Shown here piece after piece: positions 39,425 to 50,483 of a stretch of 64,000 nucleotides of DNA. The notes beneath the pieces are model-generated. The model saw only the letters and a list, made by a program, of their open reading frames with translations, ran no database searches and had not been told where the DNA came from. The position numbers and the translations under genes are program-made. Position 1 is the first letter of the stretch, and every line of letters begins with the position of its first letter. The stretch is taken from the UHGV virus genome UHGV-0039337; one strand, 5' to 3'. This stretch comes from a virus.

Positions 39425-42400
39425 TTGCATACAACTAAATACGACATAATTAATTCTATTGATGCTGACTTAGGAATGCTAGGTTCTGACGGCACACATT
39501 TATGGAATAGTAATTCTTCAACAATACATATAGGTAATATGGTAAGTTATACTAGCTGTACTTTAATTGCTTTGTTTAAAGGGCTTGATTCCGACAGATT
39601 ATTAGGAGGTCATGCTGCACTTACTGTAAGCATAGATGGAGGTTACGGATCTTTTATTCATAGTTTTATTATAGATCAATCAGATATAAATAATGGACAG
39701 AAATATGTGCAATGTGGTGTTTCTCCAACAAGTTCAGTATATGGTAAAGAATCATCATATAACTTATCAGTAGGAATTACGGTAGTAGATAAAAACGATA
39801 TAGTTGTTTGTGATTCTACAAGATCACTTAATTTTTCTGTTTTTTTTACTGTTCCAACTTATCCTGATCCAGAGCCTGAACCAAAACCACCAGCTAGAGA
39901 GAAACCTAAATATGATGTTAAATTTGGTACTTTATACATAAATAGCAAATCAATGCAACATAATAATTTTTCTAATGAATGTACTAGAGATGAAGGTACC
40001 ATGACTTTTAAAGATACAGTTAAGGGCAAAGAATGGGAATGGGTTAAAGTAGTAACAGATAAAAAAATCATATATGTATCTACAGTTTTTGCAAGAAGAA
40101 ATGTATCTATTGATGAAATAGCACAGGCTAATGACACTATTGTAACGATAGACAAAAATAAATATAAACTTAAAACATTAATAGAATATAATCAATTATG
40201 TTATATAATTAATGATATGATTGCAAATGAAAAAATAGACTTAGAGTATGATGCTGATACTTCAAAATATGATATACCACTTAAAAATATAGAAACGAAT
40301 AATAATTCATCAATTAATGAATATACCGTATGCTCTGTTAATAACCATTACCCATATATACATTATAATCATACTATAAAAGGAAAAGATAAAAATTATG
40401 ACACAGTCATTTTACCTATATTAGAGCCAATAAAAGATGAAGAAGAACCACCTAAAGGTATTGATCTTGGCGTACAAAATGCAGCATTTGGCGTACGTTA
40501 TTTAGCAAAAGATCCTGATAAAGAACAAACATTAACAGTAGTTGAAAAACTAAATGGAAATATAATACAAACAATAAATAATTTCGATAGAAGTCAGCCT
40601 GGTATGGTTAAAATAACAAACGAATTACTTAGACCATTACTGATTGGTTCTATAAATTATATAGAGATAGATGTTTCTGATGGTTTTGTTACAGTTAAAC
40701 AGATATTAACATTTACAAAAGGAAATACTCCACCAGTTGTTACTTGCTATTGCAGTGATGAATTAGGAGAATTAGAAGAAAGACCTGTTATAGAATATTC
40801 CGTTAATGATGTTGATGGAGATGCGGTAACAGTAGTAGAAGAAATAAATGATATACAAACAAGATCATTTACAGCTACATTAAATGAAAAATATACAGCA
40901 GAAATACCTAAAGAGTTTTGGGAAAAATGTGAATATAATAAAAACACATTAAAAATAACAGCTATAGACGCTCGTGAGGCAAAAGATGTTAAAGAAATAA
41001 ACTTTACAAAAGCTAAATTACGTACGGCTTATACTGTTTTTTATGCAGTAGATGGAGATTTAAGACGTGAAAAACTTTTTATATCTATTGATGGCAAAGA
41101 AGAAATGCGTAAATATACTTTTACTGATACTACTTATGACACTGGTATAAATTTTGATTTAAAAGATATATCTGAAGGAGTAGAAATAAAAGCATGGATG
41201 GTAGCTCATAATAATTATGCTACTGAAAAATATAAGAGTAGTAATATATTAACTTTTAAGAAAAGCCTATATGGTAAACCTAATCCTAAAGTTGTACTTA
41301 CTCAAAACCATAGTGAGTATGGCTATTTAAAATTAACATATGATCATGATGATTTAGAGTTTAAAGACAATAAATGGATATCAAAGGATCCTGACAGAGA
41401 ACCTAATGAATTTATAGGTAATGTAGAAATACATTGTTATATTGATGGAAAATATGAAAAACAATATCCTATTGAAAATAATATCATACACGGTGGAGAA
41501 TCTATAACTTATAAAATAAATTTCAATGAAATAAGTCCAGGTTCTCGTAGCCATAAAATACAATATTTAGTTATTATAACTGATATAGAATCAAATAAGA
41601 AAAATATCGATATTGAACCCGGTATGTTTAATGTTGATAATCCTGTGTTAGGTTTGCAAGCAATAGAAGGTTCTCACTATTATAATGATGAACCTCTTGA
41701 TCCTAATGTTAGTTATAGTAATAATAAGTATTCTAATAACGTGTTAGAATATGAATTTTCTCATATAGACTTCATCTGGGATGGAGGTAAAGATCCTGAT
41801 GGAGATAAATGTATATATAATGTGTATATAAAAACACCTGAATCACTTAACGAAACATTAAAAACTGTATCTATATCTAGCAGAACTGGACCACATGCCA
41901 TACAATATAATCGTAAATATAGAATAACAGAAATATACAATGAAAATAATGAAGTTATAGGTTCTAATGTAGAACGTTATGATGATAATAACACTTATAA
42001 ACATATACAAACTAATAAATATGTAGGTATACATATTGATTATTTAAAAGATAGTTTAGATAAGTTTTGGCCTGAAAATGAAAATTACACTATTTACGTA
42101 GAGGCAAGAGATGTTAGAACATGGGATAACAGCTATTATGGATTTGGTGGCGAAGCAGGTAAAGGTATTGAATATCATAGAAGAAAACATGCTTATCCTA
42201 ATGATGTACAGTTGACAATAATACCTAATTTGGTCGATGGATTAGGTGACGGAGAAAAAGGTAGAATTATTGTTTTATATGATCATTCAGAAATAACTGA
42301 TAAATCAGGTATAGTAGATATCTATGCTTATCAAGATAATCAATTAATATGTAAGGTTTATAGCGGAGAATTCTATCCAAAGAAAGAACAAACGATAACT

Positions 42401-43780
42401 ATAGATTTCTCATTGTATGAGCATAAATTAAAAGATATACAAACTTCTGTGCTAAAGAGAAGTAAAAATATTACTTATTATGCAGTAGCTACTGATGTTC
42501 TTGGTTTCACTTCGCTTGATAAATTTGAAGGTATTACTTTAGAATATGTGCCTTATTTAATTCCTAACGAAGATGGTACTTATAATTTATATGATGTTAA
42601 TGTAAATGGAACTATATATGATTTTAATAAAGATAATCATTACATGGGTCCTGTACAAAAAGGATGTCACTATTTTAATGAAGAGCCTCCTGCAACAACT
42701 CCTGTAGAAGTTGATCCTAATATTATAGGATATGAAAGTGCAGCTATTAAGTGGCCTCATGTTATTGATCCTGATGGAGATGAGGTTAAATATGAAATAT
42801 ATGTAGCGAATTCAATAAGCGCATATAACTCAGAAGAAAAAGAATTCTTTAACGATAATCAAGTAGATGATAATGATTATATAAACGGTGAGGAAAATAC
42901 TCATACTCTTGTAAGCACAAAACTTAATTATAATAAAGTCATTGATATACCAGCAAGTGTTGCAGCTGAATACTCACAAAAATTTGAAGTATCTCTTAAA
43001 GAATATATGGATGATAGTAGTGTTAATATATGGATAGTTAGTAAAGACCCTTATGTTAATAGTTACTATAGAGCTGGTGAAATAATAAATATTCCAAAGG
43101 GACATGAAGCTAAAGCAATTAATATAGCTTATCCTCGTAATGGTTCTATTGTTTATGCTAAACGACCTAGAATACTTATATATTTAGGTGAAGATAATCT
43201 TCAACAAACTACCTACGTTCAATGGAAAGAACATATATATAATAACAGAGATCATACAGAATTATTTAGTAGTCCTCCTAATATTAAAAACGTTACGGTA
43301 TTTAAACCACCTGAAGTATATACTGGTGTAAGTGGAGGTAAAGTAACTTTCTCTGTATGGACTCATAATAAGTGTACATACGGTCCTAAGACATATATAA
43401 CTTATACTTATAAAAACTTTTTTGATTCTTTTAGTGACGAGAAATTAATACCTATTAAATCTAGTCATGTTAATGCATTTAGGGAAGCTATAAATACTAC
43501 TCGTGATGCTTATGGATTAGATATATCTAAATTCTCTCGTAAGATAGAAAAGAATATGATATTAGAAAACTTTGACTTTAATGAAACTAAGCAAGCAATA
43601 ATAGATGTTAATGATAAAATAAATGATGCTGATAGTAGTGAAGGGTTAGATTATAATAATCCATTAATAGTAGATCTTAAAGATTTAGACTTAGTAGAAT
43701 ATAAAGGTTCAATCGCTGCAGGTTCGTATGAAGAATTCTTAGAATGGGCACGTTTGTTATATGTATTAGAAAATTTATAG
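39425..43780 (+). CDS. 1451-aa giant structural protein (TTG start) with a PDPEPEPKPP linker, W.W.K domain, tandem Ig-like repeats and FN3-like modules
   Basis: RBS ataggaggtgatatat before TTG. Shares domain modules with 31906, 34947 and 38232: KEWEWVKVVTDKKIIYVST, GSHYYNDEPLDP and HYFNEEPPATTP. Confidence 0.8.
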   Translation: MHTTKYDIINSIDADLGMLGSDGTHLWNSNSSTIHIGNMVSYTSCTLIALFKGLDSDRLLGGHAALTVSIDGGYGSFIHSFIIDQSDINNGQKYVQCGVSPTSSVYGKESSYNLSVGITVVDKNDIVVCDSTRSLNFSVFFTVPTYPDPEPEPKPPAREKPKYDVKFGTLYINSKSMQHNNFSNECTRDEGTMTFKDTVKGKEWEWVKVVTDKKIIYVSTVFARRNVSIDEIAQANDTIVTIDKNKYKLKTLIEYNQLCYIINDMIANEKIDLEYDADTSKYDIPLKNIETNNNSSINEYTVCSVNNHYPYIHYNHTIKGKDKNYDTVILPILEPIKDEEEPPKGIDLGVQNAAFGVRYLAKDPDKEQTLTVVEKLNGNIIQTINNFDRSQPGMVKITNELLRPLLIGSINYIEIDVSDGFVTVKQILTFTKGNTPPVVTCYCSDELGELEERPVIEYSVNDVDGDAVTVVEEINDIQTRSFTATLNEKYTAEIPKEFWEKCEYNKNTLKITAIDAREAKDVKEINFTKAKLRTAYTVFYAVDGDLRREKLFISIDGKEEMRKYTFTDTTYDTGINFDLKDISEGVEIKAWMVAHNNYATEKYKSSNILTFKKSLYGKPNPKVVLTQNHSEYGYLKLTYDHDDLEFKDNKWISKDPDREPNEFIGNVEIHCYIDGKYEKQYPIENNIIHGGESITYKINFNEISPGSRSHKIQYLVIITDIESNKKNIDIEPGMFNVDNPVLGLQAIEGSHYYNDEPLDPNVSYSNNKYSNNVLEYEFSHIDFIWDGGKDPDGDKCIYNVYIKTPESLNETLKTVSISSRTGPHAIQYNRKYRITEIYNENNEVIGSNVERYDDNNTYKHIQTNKYVGIHIDYLKDSLDKFWPENENYTIYVEARDVRTWDNSYYGFGGEAGKGIEYHRRKHAYPNDVQLTIIPNLVDGLGDGEKGRIIVLYDHSEITDKSGIVDIYAYQDNQLICKVYSGEFYPKKEQTITIDFSLYEHKLKDIQTSVLKRSKNITYYAVATDVLGFTSLDKFEGITLEYVPYLIPNEDGTYNLYDVNVNGTIYDFNKDNHYMGPVQKGCHYFNEEPPATTPVEVDPNIIGYESAAIKWPHVIDPDGDEVKYEIYVANSISAYNSEEKEFFNDNQVDDNDYINGEENTHTLVSTKLNYNKVIDIPASVAAEYSQKFEVSLKEYMDDSSVNIWIVSKDPYVNSYYRAGEIINIPKGHEAKAINIAYPRNGSIVYAKRPRILIYLGEDNLQQTTYVQWKEHIYNNRDHTELFSSPPNIKNVTVFKPPEVYTGVSGGKVTFSVWTHNKCTYGPKTYITYTYKNFFDSFSDEKLIPIKSSHVNAFREAINTTRDAYGLDISKFSRKIEKNMILENFDFNETKQAIIDVNDKINDADSSEGLDYNNPLIVDLKDLDLVEYKGSIAAGSYEEFLEWARLLYVLENL

Positions 43781-43809
43781 GGCGATTTATTAATCGTCCT
43801 TTTCTTTTA
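43780..43809 (+). terminator. Rho-independent terminator
   Basis: gggcgat-ttattaa-atcgtcc is a 7-bp stem with one G.U, followed by ttttctttt. Confidence 0.65.
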
Positions 43810-43851
43810 CGTAATAATCTAATAGATGTAATTAAGAGAGGTGAAAAATAG

Positions 43852-46800
43852 TTGGCTGATAGAAGATTTACCCTTGGTCGTCAAGGTGAACAATTAATGA
43901 ACGATAGGCTATTTAATGCATACAATAGAATAAAATATATAGGTAATGGTCTCGATGTTCCAAAACAAGAATATCAAACTCCTATACTAGATTATTCATT
44001 ATGGATAAATAGAGCTACTGGTAGTGATATACTTAACGTATATAATCAGTCTAATAAATCATGGAAAACCGCGTTCGAAGGATATTATCATCCTATTAAT
44101 TTAAAAGAACAACCATTATATCCAGTTGAAGGTCAAATTTTTATTGATGGCAACGGTGTGTTACGTTACTATGAAGATAAACAGTGGAAAGTTGTAGGTG
44201 CGGCTTCTGCTGAAGATCTTAATAATGCGTTAATGGGTATAGATAACTTTTTAATTATTCCCGATATGGCACCATTAACTGGCACTACAAGAGATTATGT
44301 AGTACCTAATGCAAAAGTAGGTAAATTATTTGATAATAAAAAGTTTATACCAAAAGATAAATATTATGATAAGAATATTAGAATAGTGTATCCTAAAGCT
44401 GATGGTTCAGTTCCAGAAGAAAAAGTAAGCTGGATACATGTTAATCCTGCTTTCTTATATGGCTCACGTAAAAGACTAATAAAAGTAACTAAATCTATTA
44501 AAGACAATAGTTATTTTGTTAGCACTCCTACTACTAATACAGAATTTTATGGTTTTATGCTTGGAAATCCTGTTGGGACTTTATTACGTTATATACAAGA
44601 TTATAGTAATGATGAAAATATAAGTTCAGAATCAACTGATACAATAAGTGATTATCGTATAGTTAATGGCGGAATACAATTAATTAATGGAGGACGAGAA
44701 TACGATTTTATTTATGCTATAACATATAAGTTTGATTCAATTGATAGCTCTGTTGGAAGCGTATTAACTGGTTCTTCTACTATAGGAGATAATAATCAAG
44801 TATATGTAGGTCAAATAAGTGGATTCCCTTTAGTATTTTTGAATGGTATGTATTACGAACAAGATAAATATACATATGATAGCAGAGAAGGCACATTAAC
44901 TTTTGAAGATACTAATATAACTAATGAAATGGATTTAACAGTAGCTGCATTTGCTGATGTTGTACGTTATACAACGACTGAATATCCTAATACTGAGAGA
45001 CAACAAAGACCTCCATTTGAATTGACTATTACCAATAAAAATATTGATAGTGATGGAATTATTACTGTTCAACACGAATATTTAAAACAGGCTAAAGATT
45101 TCAAACATCCTATAGCTTTTGTTCAAGGTGTTGCTGCTTTATATGATACTGAATACGGCATAACAGATGAAATAGAGTTAGATGCTGATAAGGGACAAAT
45201 AAAAATATTTAATTTTGGTCCAATTGACTCTACTGATGAAGTAAAAATATTAGTAGCAGATATTGGTGATGCAAAATTATCTAGTGGTTATACAACTACT
45301 AATAGGATAGTTGATAGCCGTATAACTCATGACGATAAATACTTAGTATTTATAAATGGTATATGTACATCTCCTAGCGATCATGAAGTTTATAATGGAT
45401 ATATAGAAATTGATGATCTATTAGAAAATACACAATATGTACTTATGTCGTTAAGTAAAGGTAATGCAGGTATAGATTTGTTATTTGATTCTTCCATTGC
45501 TTATTTTACGTTTCAAATAAATGATCATAATAAAGCTTCTGTATATAATAATTGCGATATGGTAACATCTTATATAACTAGCGAAGACGGTAGTGTTAAT
45601 GGATTACTATTGGATAGAACATTTATTGAGAAAAAATCAATCGGAGAAGAAACATATAGTACAGGTGAAATATTAAGAGTAAGAGATACTGCTAATGAAG
45701 ATGCATCTACTTATATATATAAAATATTTAACGTTAACGGTGATTATCAGTGGACTCCATATGAAAAAGAGTACGGAAATGAAGAAATGCTCAAGTTAGA
45801 TCAAATGTTGACTCAAATGAATGGTTTAGGTTCTATAAGTATTATAAGTAACGAGACGTTAAAAGGTAAAAATATAACTTATTATGCTTATACTTATGCG
45901 GATGAAACTGATGAACCTATTTTAAAAGGAACTGACATATACAGATTTGCAGTTAAAGATCATATCGCTAATACAAATATACCAGAAATCCAAGACTTTT
46001 ATGTTCGACGCACACATTTTTATGCTCCTACTAATAAAGGAATACTTGGCACATATGTTAATGGAATTCAAATGCAAAGTTATGATGATGAGCAAATCGA
46101 ATGTAAATATCATATCCCTACTCATAGCAATATAGACTTTAAAAAGACTTGGGGCAATAAATGTGACTTATATAATTTATTAAAAACTGTAAATGATAAC
46201 ACTACTCTTGAGCAATTAAAACAAATGAAAGATAATGAATTTAGTGAAGAATTAAGAGATTACTCTATTACAGATAATTTATTGTCTCGATTTAAATCTT
46301 TGCATAATGTAATAATTGAAATGGAAACAAATAATAAATTGAATTATTACGTAGAAAGGATAGAACAAGGAGAGACTTACAGTGCTAATAGAGATTGGTG
46401 TACATTTGCTAATAGATATATAGCATTTAACAATACTTATACTTCTAATACATATATAGGACCAGGTAATGTAGATATATATTTAAATGGAGTAATGCTT
46501 GATAGATCAAGTTATTCTATATTTGATTCATGCAACGTTATATTAAATGATTTATCTGTTGCAGGTGGCTCTGATGAGTTTGATTTTGATGATCCAAAAA
46601 CCCATCGTTTAATAAAATATTACATTAAAGACTATAATCCTGACTCTGAAAAAACAACAGGAGAAGTTAAACGTTTTTACTGCGAAACTCCAGATGAAGT
46701 ATTAATCGAATATCGTCCTGATACTTCTTTAAGAAAAACATCTTACGAAATAAAAGAAGTAACATACGATACTGGTGTACTTTTATATGATGATTATGAG

Positions 46801-47034
46801 TTTCCTAATAGTCTATTAAATAGCAAAGACGAAATTAAAATATGGATAGACGGTATACTATACACAGGTGGATATGAAATTAAAAATAAAAATATCGTAT
46901 TAAAAAATAGTCCATTACAATTAGATCCAATTAAAATGTATTTTGATATGCATCCTGATACATATAATGAATGGAAAAAAGATAATGGAGAATATGTTTA
47001 TAGAAGAAGTAGAATTATATTTGAATGGAGGTAA
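43852..47034 (+). CDS. 1060-aa virion structural protein (TTG start)
   Basis: RBS agagaggtgaaaaatag before TTG. Has the PLYPVEGQIFIDGNGVLRYYEDKQWKVVG motif, the same motif class as in the 195 and 28209 ORFs. Confidence 0.75.
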   Translation: MADRRFTLGRQGEQLMNDRLFNAYNRIKYIGNGLDVPKQEYQTPILDYSLWINRATGSDILNVYNQSNKSWKTAFEGYYHPINLKEQPLYPVEGQIFIDGNGVLRYYEDKQWKVVGAASAEDLNNALMGIDNFLIIPDMAPLTGTTRDYVVPNAKVGKLFDNKKFIPKDKYYDKNIRIVYPKADGSVPEEKVSWIHVNPAFLYGSRKRLIKVTKSIKDNSYFVSTPTTNTEFYGFMLGNPVGTLLRYIQDYSNDENISSESTDTISDYRIVNGGIQLINGGREYDFIYAITYKFDSIDSSVGSVLTGSSTIGDNNQVYVGQISGFPLVFLNGMYYEQDKYTYDSREGTLTFEDTNITNEMDLTVAAFADVVRYTTTEYPNTERQQRPPFELTITNKNIDSDGIITVQHEYLKQAKDFKHPIAFVQGVAALYDTEYGITDEIELDADKGQIKIFNFGPIDSTDEVKILVADIGDAKLSSGYTTTNRIVDSRITHDDKYLVFINGICTSPSDHEVYNGYIEIDDLLENTQYVLMSLSKGNAGIDLLFDSSIAYFTFQINDHNKASVYNNCDMVTSYITSEDGSVNGLLLDRTFIEKKSIGEETYSTGEILRVRDTANEDASTYIYKIFNVNGDYQWTPYEKEYGNEEMLKLDQMLTQMNGLGSISIISNETLKGKNITYYAYTYADETDEPILKGTDIYRFAVKDHIANTNIPEIQDFYVRRTHFYAPTNKGILGTYVNGIQMQSYDDEQIECKYHIPTHSNIDFKKTWGNKCDLYNLLKTVNDNTTLEQLKQMKDNEFSEELRDYSITDNLLSRFKSLHNVIIEMETNNKLNYYVERIEQGETYSANRDWCTFANRYIAFNNTYTSNTYIGPGNVDIYLNGVMLDRSSYSIFDSCNVILNDLSVAGGSDEFDFDDPKTHRLIKYYIKDYNPDSEKTTGEVKRFYCETPDEVLIEYRPDTSLRKTSYEIKEVTYDTGVLLYDDYEFPNSLLNSKDEIKIWIDGILYTGGYEIKNKNIVLKNSPLQLDPIKMYFDMHPDTYNEWKKDNGEYVYRRSRIIFEWR

Positions 47035-47039
47035 AATAA

Positions 47040-48929
47040 TTGGCTAGTAAATCATTAATTAGTTTAGCTAATATACCAGTAGAAGATATTTATAATTATC
47101 TTACTATTGTTAAAGGTGTTAGTGTACGAAATGAAAATGCTGTTGATACTGATCGTGTAGATGGGATAGAAGCTAGTAAAATTGCTAAAGCTGCGACTGA
47201 TGAAAATGGAAACTTAGTATCTAACAGAGATACTGTACAAAATGCTTTACAATTAGGAGGCATTGATGCTGCACAATATTTACAACGTGATGAATCTACT
47301 ACATTATTAGGAGATACTTATCAAGTATCAACAATATTATCTAATGAACTAAAAGAATTAAGAGATGAAATATATCAATTAAAAGCTGAGTTAGCTAAGC
47401 AAGGCTATGTTCAACAATCTAAAGTATATGATGGATTTTATGATGCATTTAAAGATGGAGAAATAAGATATACAAATGAACAAGTAACTACAGTAGTAGG
47501 AGAACATCATACTTTTGACACTACTATTACTGTTGCTAACACATCTGATTTAACTGTTGGAGAATATATAGCTATTAGAGATACAGAGGGAAACATGTAT
47601 GCTAGTAGAATAGAAGAAATCAGCAATAATCAAATAACTATCAATAAAGCATTTGGTGTTACAGTATTAAACGATACTGGCGTATTCAAATATGCTGGTT
47701 CTTATTACAATGGTGAATATATATTTGGAAAGAATACAGGTTCATATATATCAACAGATATTACAAAAGCAATTATGAAAGATGGTAAAGATAGAACTAT
47801 AATACAAGTATTAGGTGATACTACTAAAGGTTTTGCCACTAAATTATCTAATTATTATAGTACTTATAGCACTCTTATAAGAAAGGTTGAATTTTCATTA
47901 GCTTATACTGGTAATCCAGGGGCTATAAGAGCTAGTATATGGAAAATGGATATAGATTCTTCCAAACAGAATCCTACATGTGAATTACTAGGCACATCTG
48001 AAAGCGTATATCCTTCTAGTTGTTCTAATACGTTAAGCGAGGTAGAATTTATGTTTACCGAACCTATTAGAATATCAGAAGGTACTACTTATTTAATAGC
48101 TTTATATGCAGGTGGTGTTGATAGTACTAATACGTGGAAAATAGGAGGATATGCAGACGCATATGATGGTATAAGCAGTGACTTATGGTATGTAGACGAT
48201 ACATATTATTTTGACAATAATAGTTTTAGTATAATACCTGGAGCAACAGATGCTTATTTAGCTTTACATATAAGTGAAGAATTAAATGTAAATATACGTT
48301 ATAACGATACAGGATTATATACTTGTGAAGAAACTATACAAGGTGGATTTACTAGAGCCAGAGTAGAACTAAGAGTAAATAGAGAAGGTATTTTTAATGT
48401 TGCTGACAGTGCTACTATTGCTACAATGTCTGGGAATGAATTAAAAATAACAGGAGAAGATACAAATCCTTTTAAAAAAGAAGATAAAGTAGTAGTAGGT
48501 AATATGATATCAACATTAACTGGCGAATGCACTAAAGATAGAATATATATGACTGATAATATATATAGTCCTGTAGGCGCAGATGTATATAGAATAGGCT
48601 ATACTGTTATAGCTAAATGTAAACGTAAGGTAAAAGATGTACCTTTAGAATATGATGCTCCTGTTATAGTTGAACTTCCATTAACATCTGTTATGTATGG
48701 TAAAGAACCTAATAAAGAAGCTTGTAGCACTGATAGATTAATATTTGAAGCAGAAATTGCTCCTGATGAATCAAACAGAACACTTAATACTTTTGATCAT
48801 ATAGAGGTACAAGTATTTTGGAATAGTTCATTAGAAAACGGAAGCATAAACGATAAAAAACAATTTGCAGGTAAAATCTTAGACTTATCAGTAGTTACTG
48901 ATAAATCATATAATAAAGCTAATAAATAG
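47040..48929 (+). CDS. 629-aa fibre-like structural protein (TTG start)
   Basis: RBS ggaggtaaaataa before TTG. The N-terminal TVQNALQLGGIDAAQYLQ motif resembles tail-fibre N-termini. A coiled-coil segment follows. Confidence 0.75.
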   Translation: MASKSLISLANIPVEDIYNYLTIVKGVSVRNENAVDTDRVDGIEASKIAKAATDENGNLVSNRDTVQNALQLGGIDAAQYLQRDESTTLLGDTYQVSTILSNELKELRDEIYQLKAELAKQGYVQQSKVYDGFYDAFKDGEIRYTNEQVTTVVGEHHTFDTTITVANTSDLTVGEYIAIRDTEGNMYASRIEEISNNQITINKAFGVTVLNDTGVFKYAGSYYNGEYIFGKNTGSYISTDITKAIMKDGKDRTIIQVLGDTTKGFATKLSNYYSTYSTLIRKVEFSLAYTGNPGAIRASIWKMDIDSSKQNPTCELLGTSESVYPSSCSNTLSEVEFMFTEPIRISEGTTYLIALYAGGVDSTNTWKIGGYADAYDGISSDLWYVDDTYYFDNNSFSIIPGATDAYLALHISEELNVNIRYNDTGLYTCEETIQGGFTRARVELRVNREGIFNVADSATIATMSGNELKITGEDTNPFKKEDKVVVGNMISTLTGECTKDRIYMTDNIYSPVGADVYRIGYTVIAKCKRKVKDVPLEYDAPVIVELPLTSVMYGKEPNKEACSTDRLIFEAEIAPDESNRTLNTFDHIEVQVFWNSSLENGSINDKKQFAGKILDLSVVTDKSYNKANK

Positions 48930-48945
48930 GAGGTGAGTAGCGTAT

Positions 48946-50424
48946 ATGAAAGGTATAAAAAAGTTAGATGAAAACGTTGTAGCTCCTAGTCGTTCGTTAA
49001 CGATTACAAATCCAAACTTAATAGATAATTCTAATTGGCAAATAGGTACTTTAAAATGTAATCCTAATTTAGCTGGATTATCTTATAAATCAAATACTGA
49101 TGGAGCTTTTTCTTTATTTGATGCTACTTACATTTTAGCTCCTAATACAGTAACTACGCAAATAATAAAAGATGGTACTATACAAACTATAGACTTATCT
49201 GATAAATGTATTATTAATAACAAAATAGCTGATAGAACTATCGATCATATAAAGTTAAAGGTTCATACTTTAACTGATGAAGAAATGGGTACTCAAAGTA
49301 TAACTACTCGTGCATTAAAAAATAAAAATATTACTGATGAAAAAATAGCTGATGCAACTATAACTAATAGACCATTATCTGACAGATGTATTCAATATAG
49401 AAATATGTGTGAAAATAGTGTTGGAACTATGCATGTAAGAGACAACACAGTTACAGAAAATAAAATAAGTAATGGTGCAGTTAGTACTAATAAATTAAAA
49501 GATTCTTCAGTTACTTACAAAAAAATAGTACCTTACACTATAATAGGTGGAGAAATGACAGAGTTAATAGAAAACGGTCAGCGTACTATGGCACAAGGTA
49601 ATATAGCGCAAGGAACTATTACTAGTTATAATATAGCTAACAACACAATTACTGGACAAAATATAATGGAAGGTGCTATCACTAATAAATGTATAGGTGA
49701 TTATGAAATATATGGAGAAAAAATTAAACCTAAATCAATATTATATACGCATATAGCTGACAATACAATTACTGGTAACCAAATAGCAGAGAATACCATT
49801 ATTACTAATAATTATAAAGATAAATCTATTACTATGAATAAATTAAGCGATGATGTATTTAGCAAAGTGAATAATGCTGTAACTTATGATAGTAAAGGAA
49901 ATGTTTCCATGTTAATGGAATCAACTACATCTTGTGCTGTTAGTATAGGATCAGAAGATGCAGACGGAAAGAGTATGAGTAATGGTTCTTTAAGAGTGTA
50001 TGGAGACGTAAGAGCTGATAGAGTTTATAATATGGCATACGCAGACTTAGCTGAAGGTTATGTTCCTGGTGAAAAATTAGAACCTGGAGATATAGTAGAA
50101 CTAAGAGAAGATGGCAAAGTATATAAAGCTTATTCAAGCAACATATCTTCTGTAGTGGTAGGAGTTATATCTGATGAATATGCTACATGTTTTGGAGCAA
50201 GCAAAGAAGAATTAATAGATGGCTCTAAAGTTGCAGTAGCTCTTATTGGTAAAGTTCATGTAAAAGTAGAAGGCCCAATAAAAATAGGTGAAGAAGTAAA
50301 AGTAGATACTATACCAGGTATAGGTACTACATGTTCTACTAATAGATTTGTAATAGGTCGATCACTAGAAACAGTTAAAGAAGATGGAATGCATAAGATA
50401 TTATGTTTAGTTAAACCAAGCTAG
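48946..50424 (+). CDS. 492-aa fibre protein with ~22-aa tandem repeats of the form I.D..I.D.TIT..KL.D.S
   Basis: RBS ataggaggtgagtagcgtat. The repeats are visible from aa ~90-300. The C-terminal globular domain is Gly/Val-rich. Confidence 0.8.
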   Translation: MKGIKKLDENVVAPSRSLTITNPNLIDNSNWQIGTLKCNPNLAGLSYKSNTDGAFSLFDATYILAPNTVTTQIIKDGTIQTIDLSDKCIINNKIADRTIDHIKLKVHTLTDEEMGTQSITTRALKNKNITDEKIADATITNRPLSDRCIQYRNMCENSVGTMHVRDNTVTENKISNGAVSTNKLKDSSVTYKKIVPYTIIGGEMTELIENGQRTMAQGNIAQGTITSYNIANNTITGQNIMEGAITNKCIGDYEIYGEKIKPKSILYTHIADNTITGNQIAENTIITNNYKDKSITMNKLSDDVFSKVNNAVTYDSKGNVSMLMESTTSCAVSIGSEDADGKSMSNGSLRVYGDVRADRVYNMAYADLAEGYVPGEKLEPGDIVELREDGKVYKAYSSNISSVVVGVISDEYATCFGASKEELIDGSKVAVALIGKVHVKVEGPIKIGEEVKVDTIPGIGTTCSTNRFVIGRSLETVKEDGMHKILCLVKPS

Positions 50425-50483
50425 GATTAATTTTATTCCTAGCTTTTTCTTGTGTAATATATAAATGTAAGGATGGTGATATT

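Noticed and set aside
45947-46135. 62-aa + strand ORF inside the 43852 gene in another frame
   Set aside because: Out-of-frame overlap with a well-supported 1060-aa gene, no RBS, and a Met/Leu/Ile-rich product.
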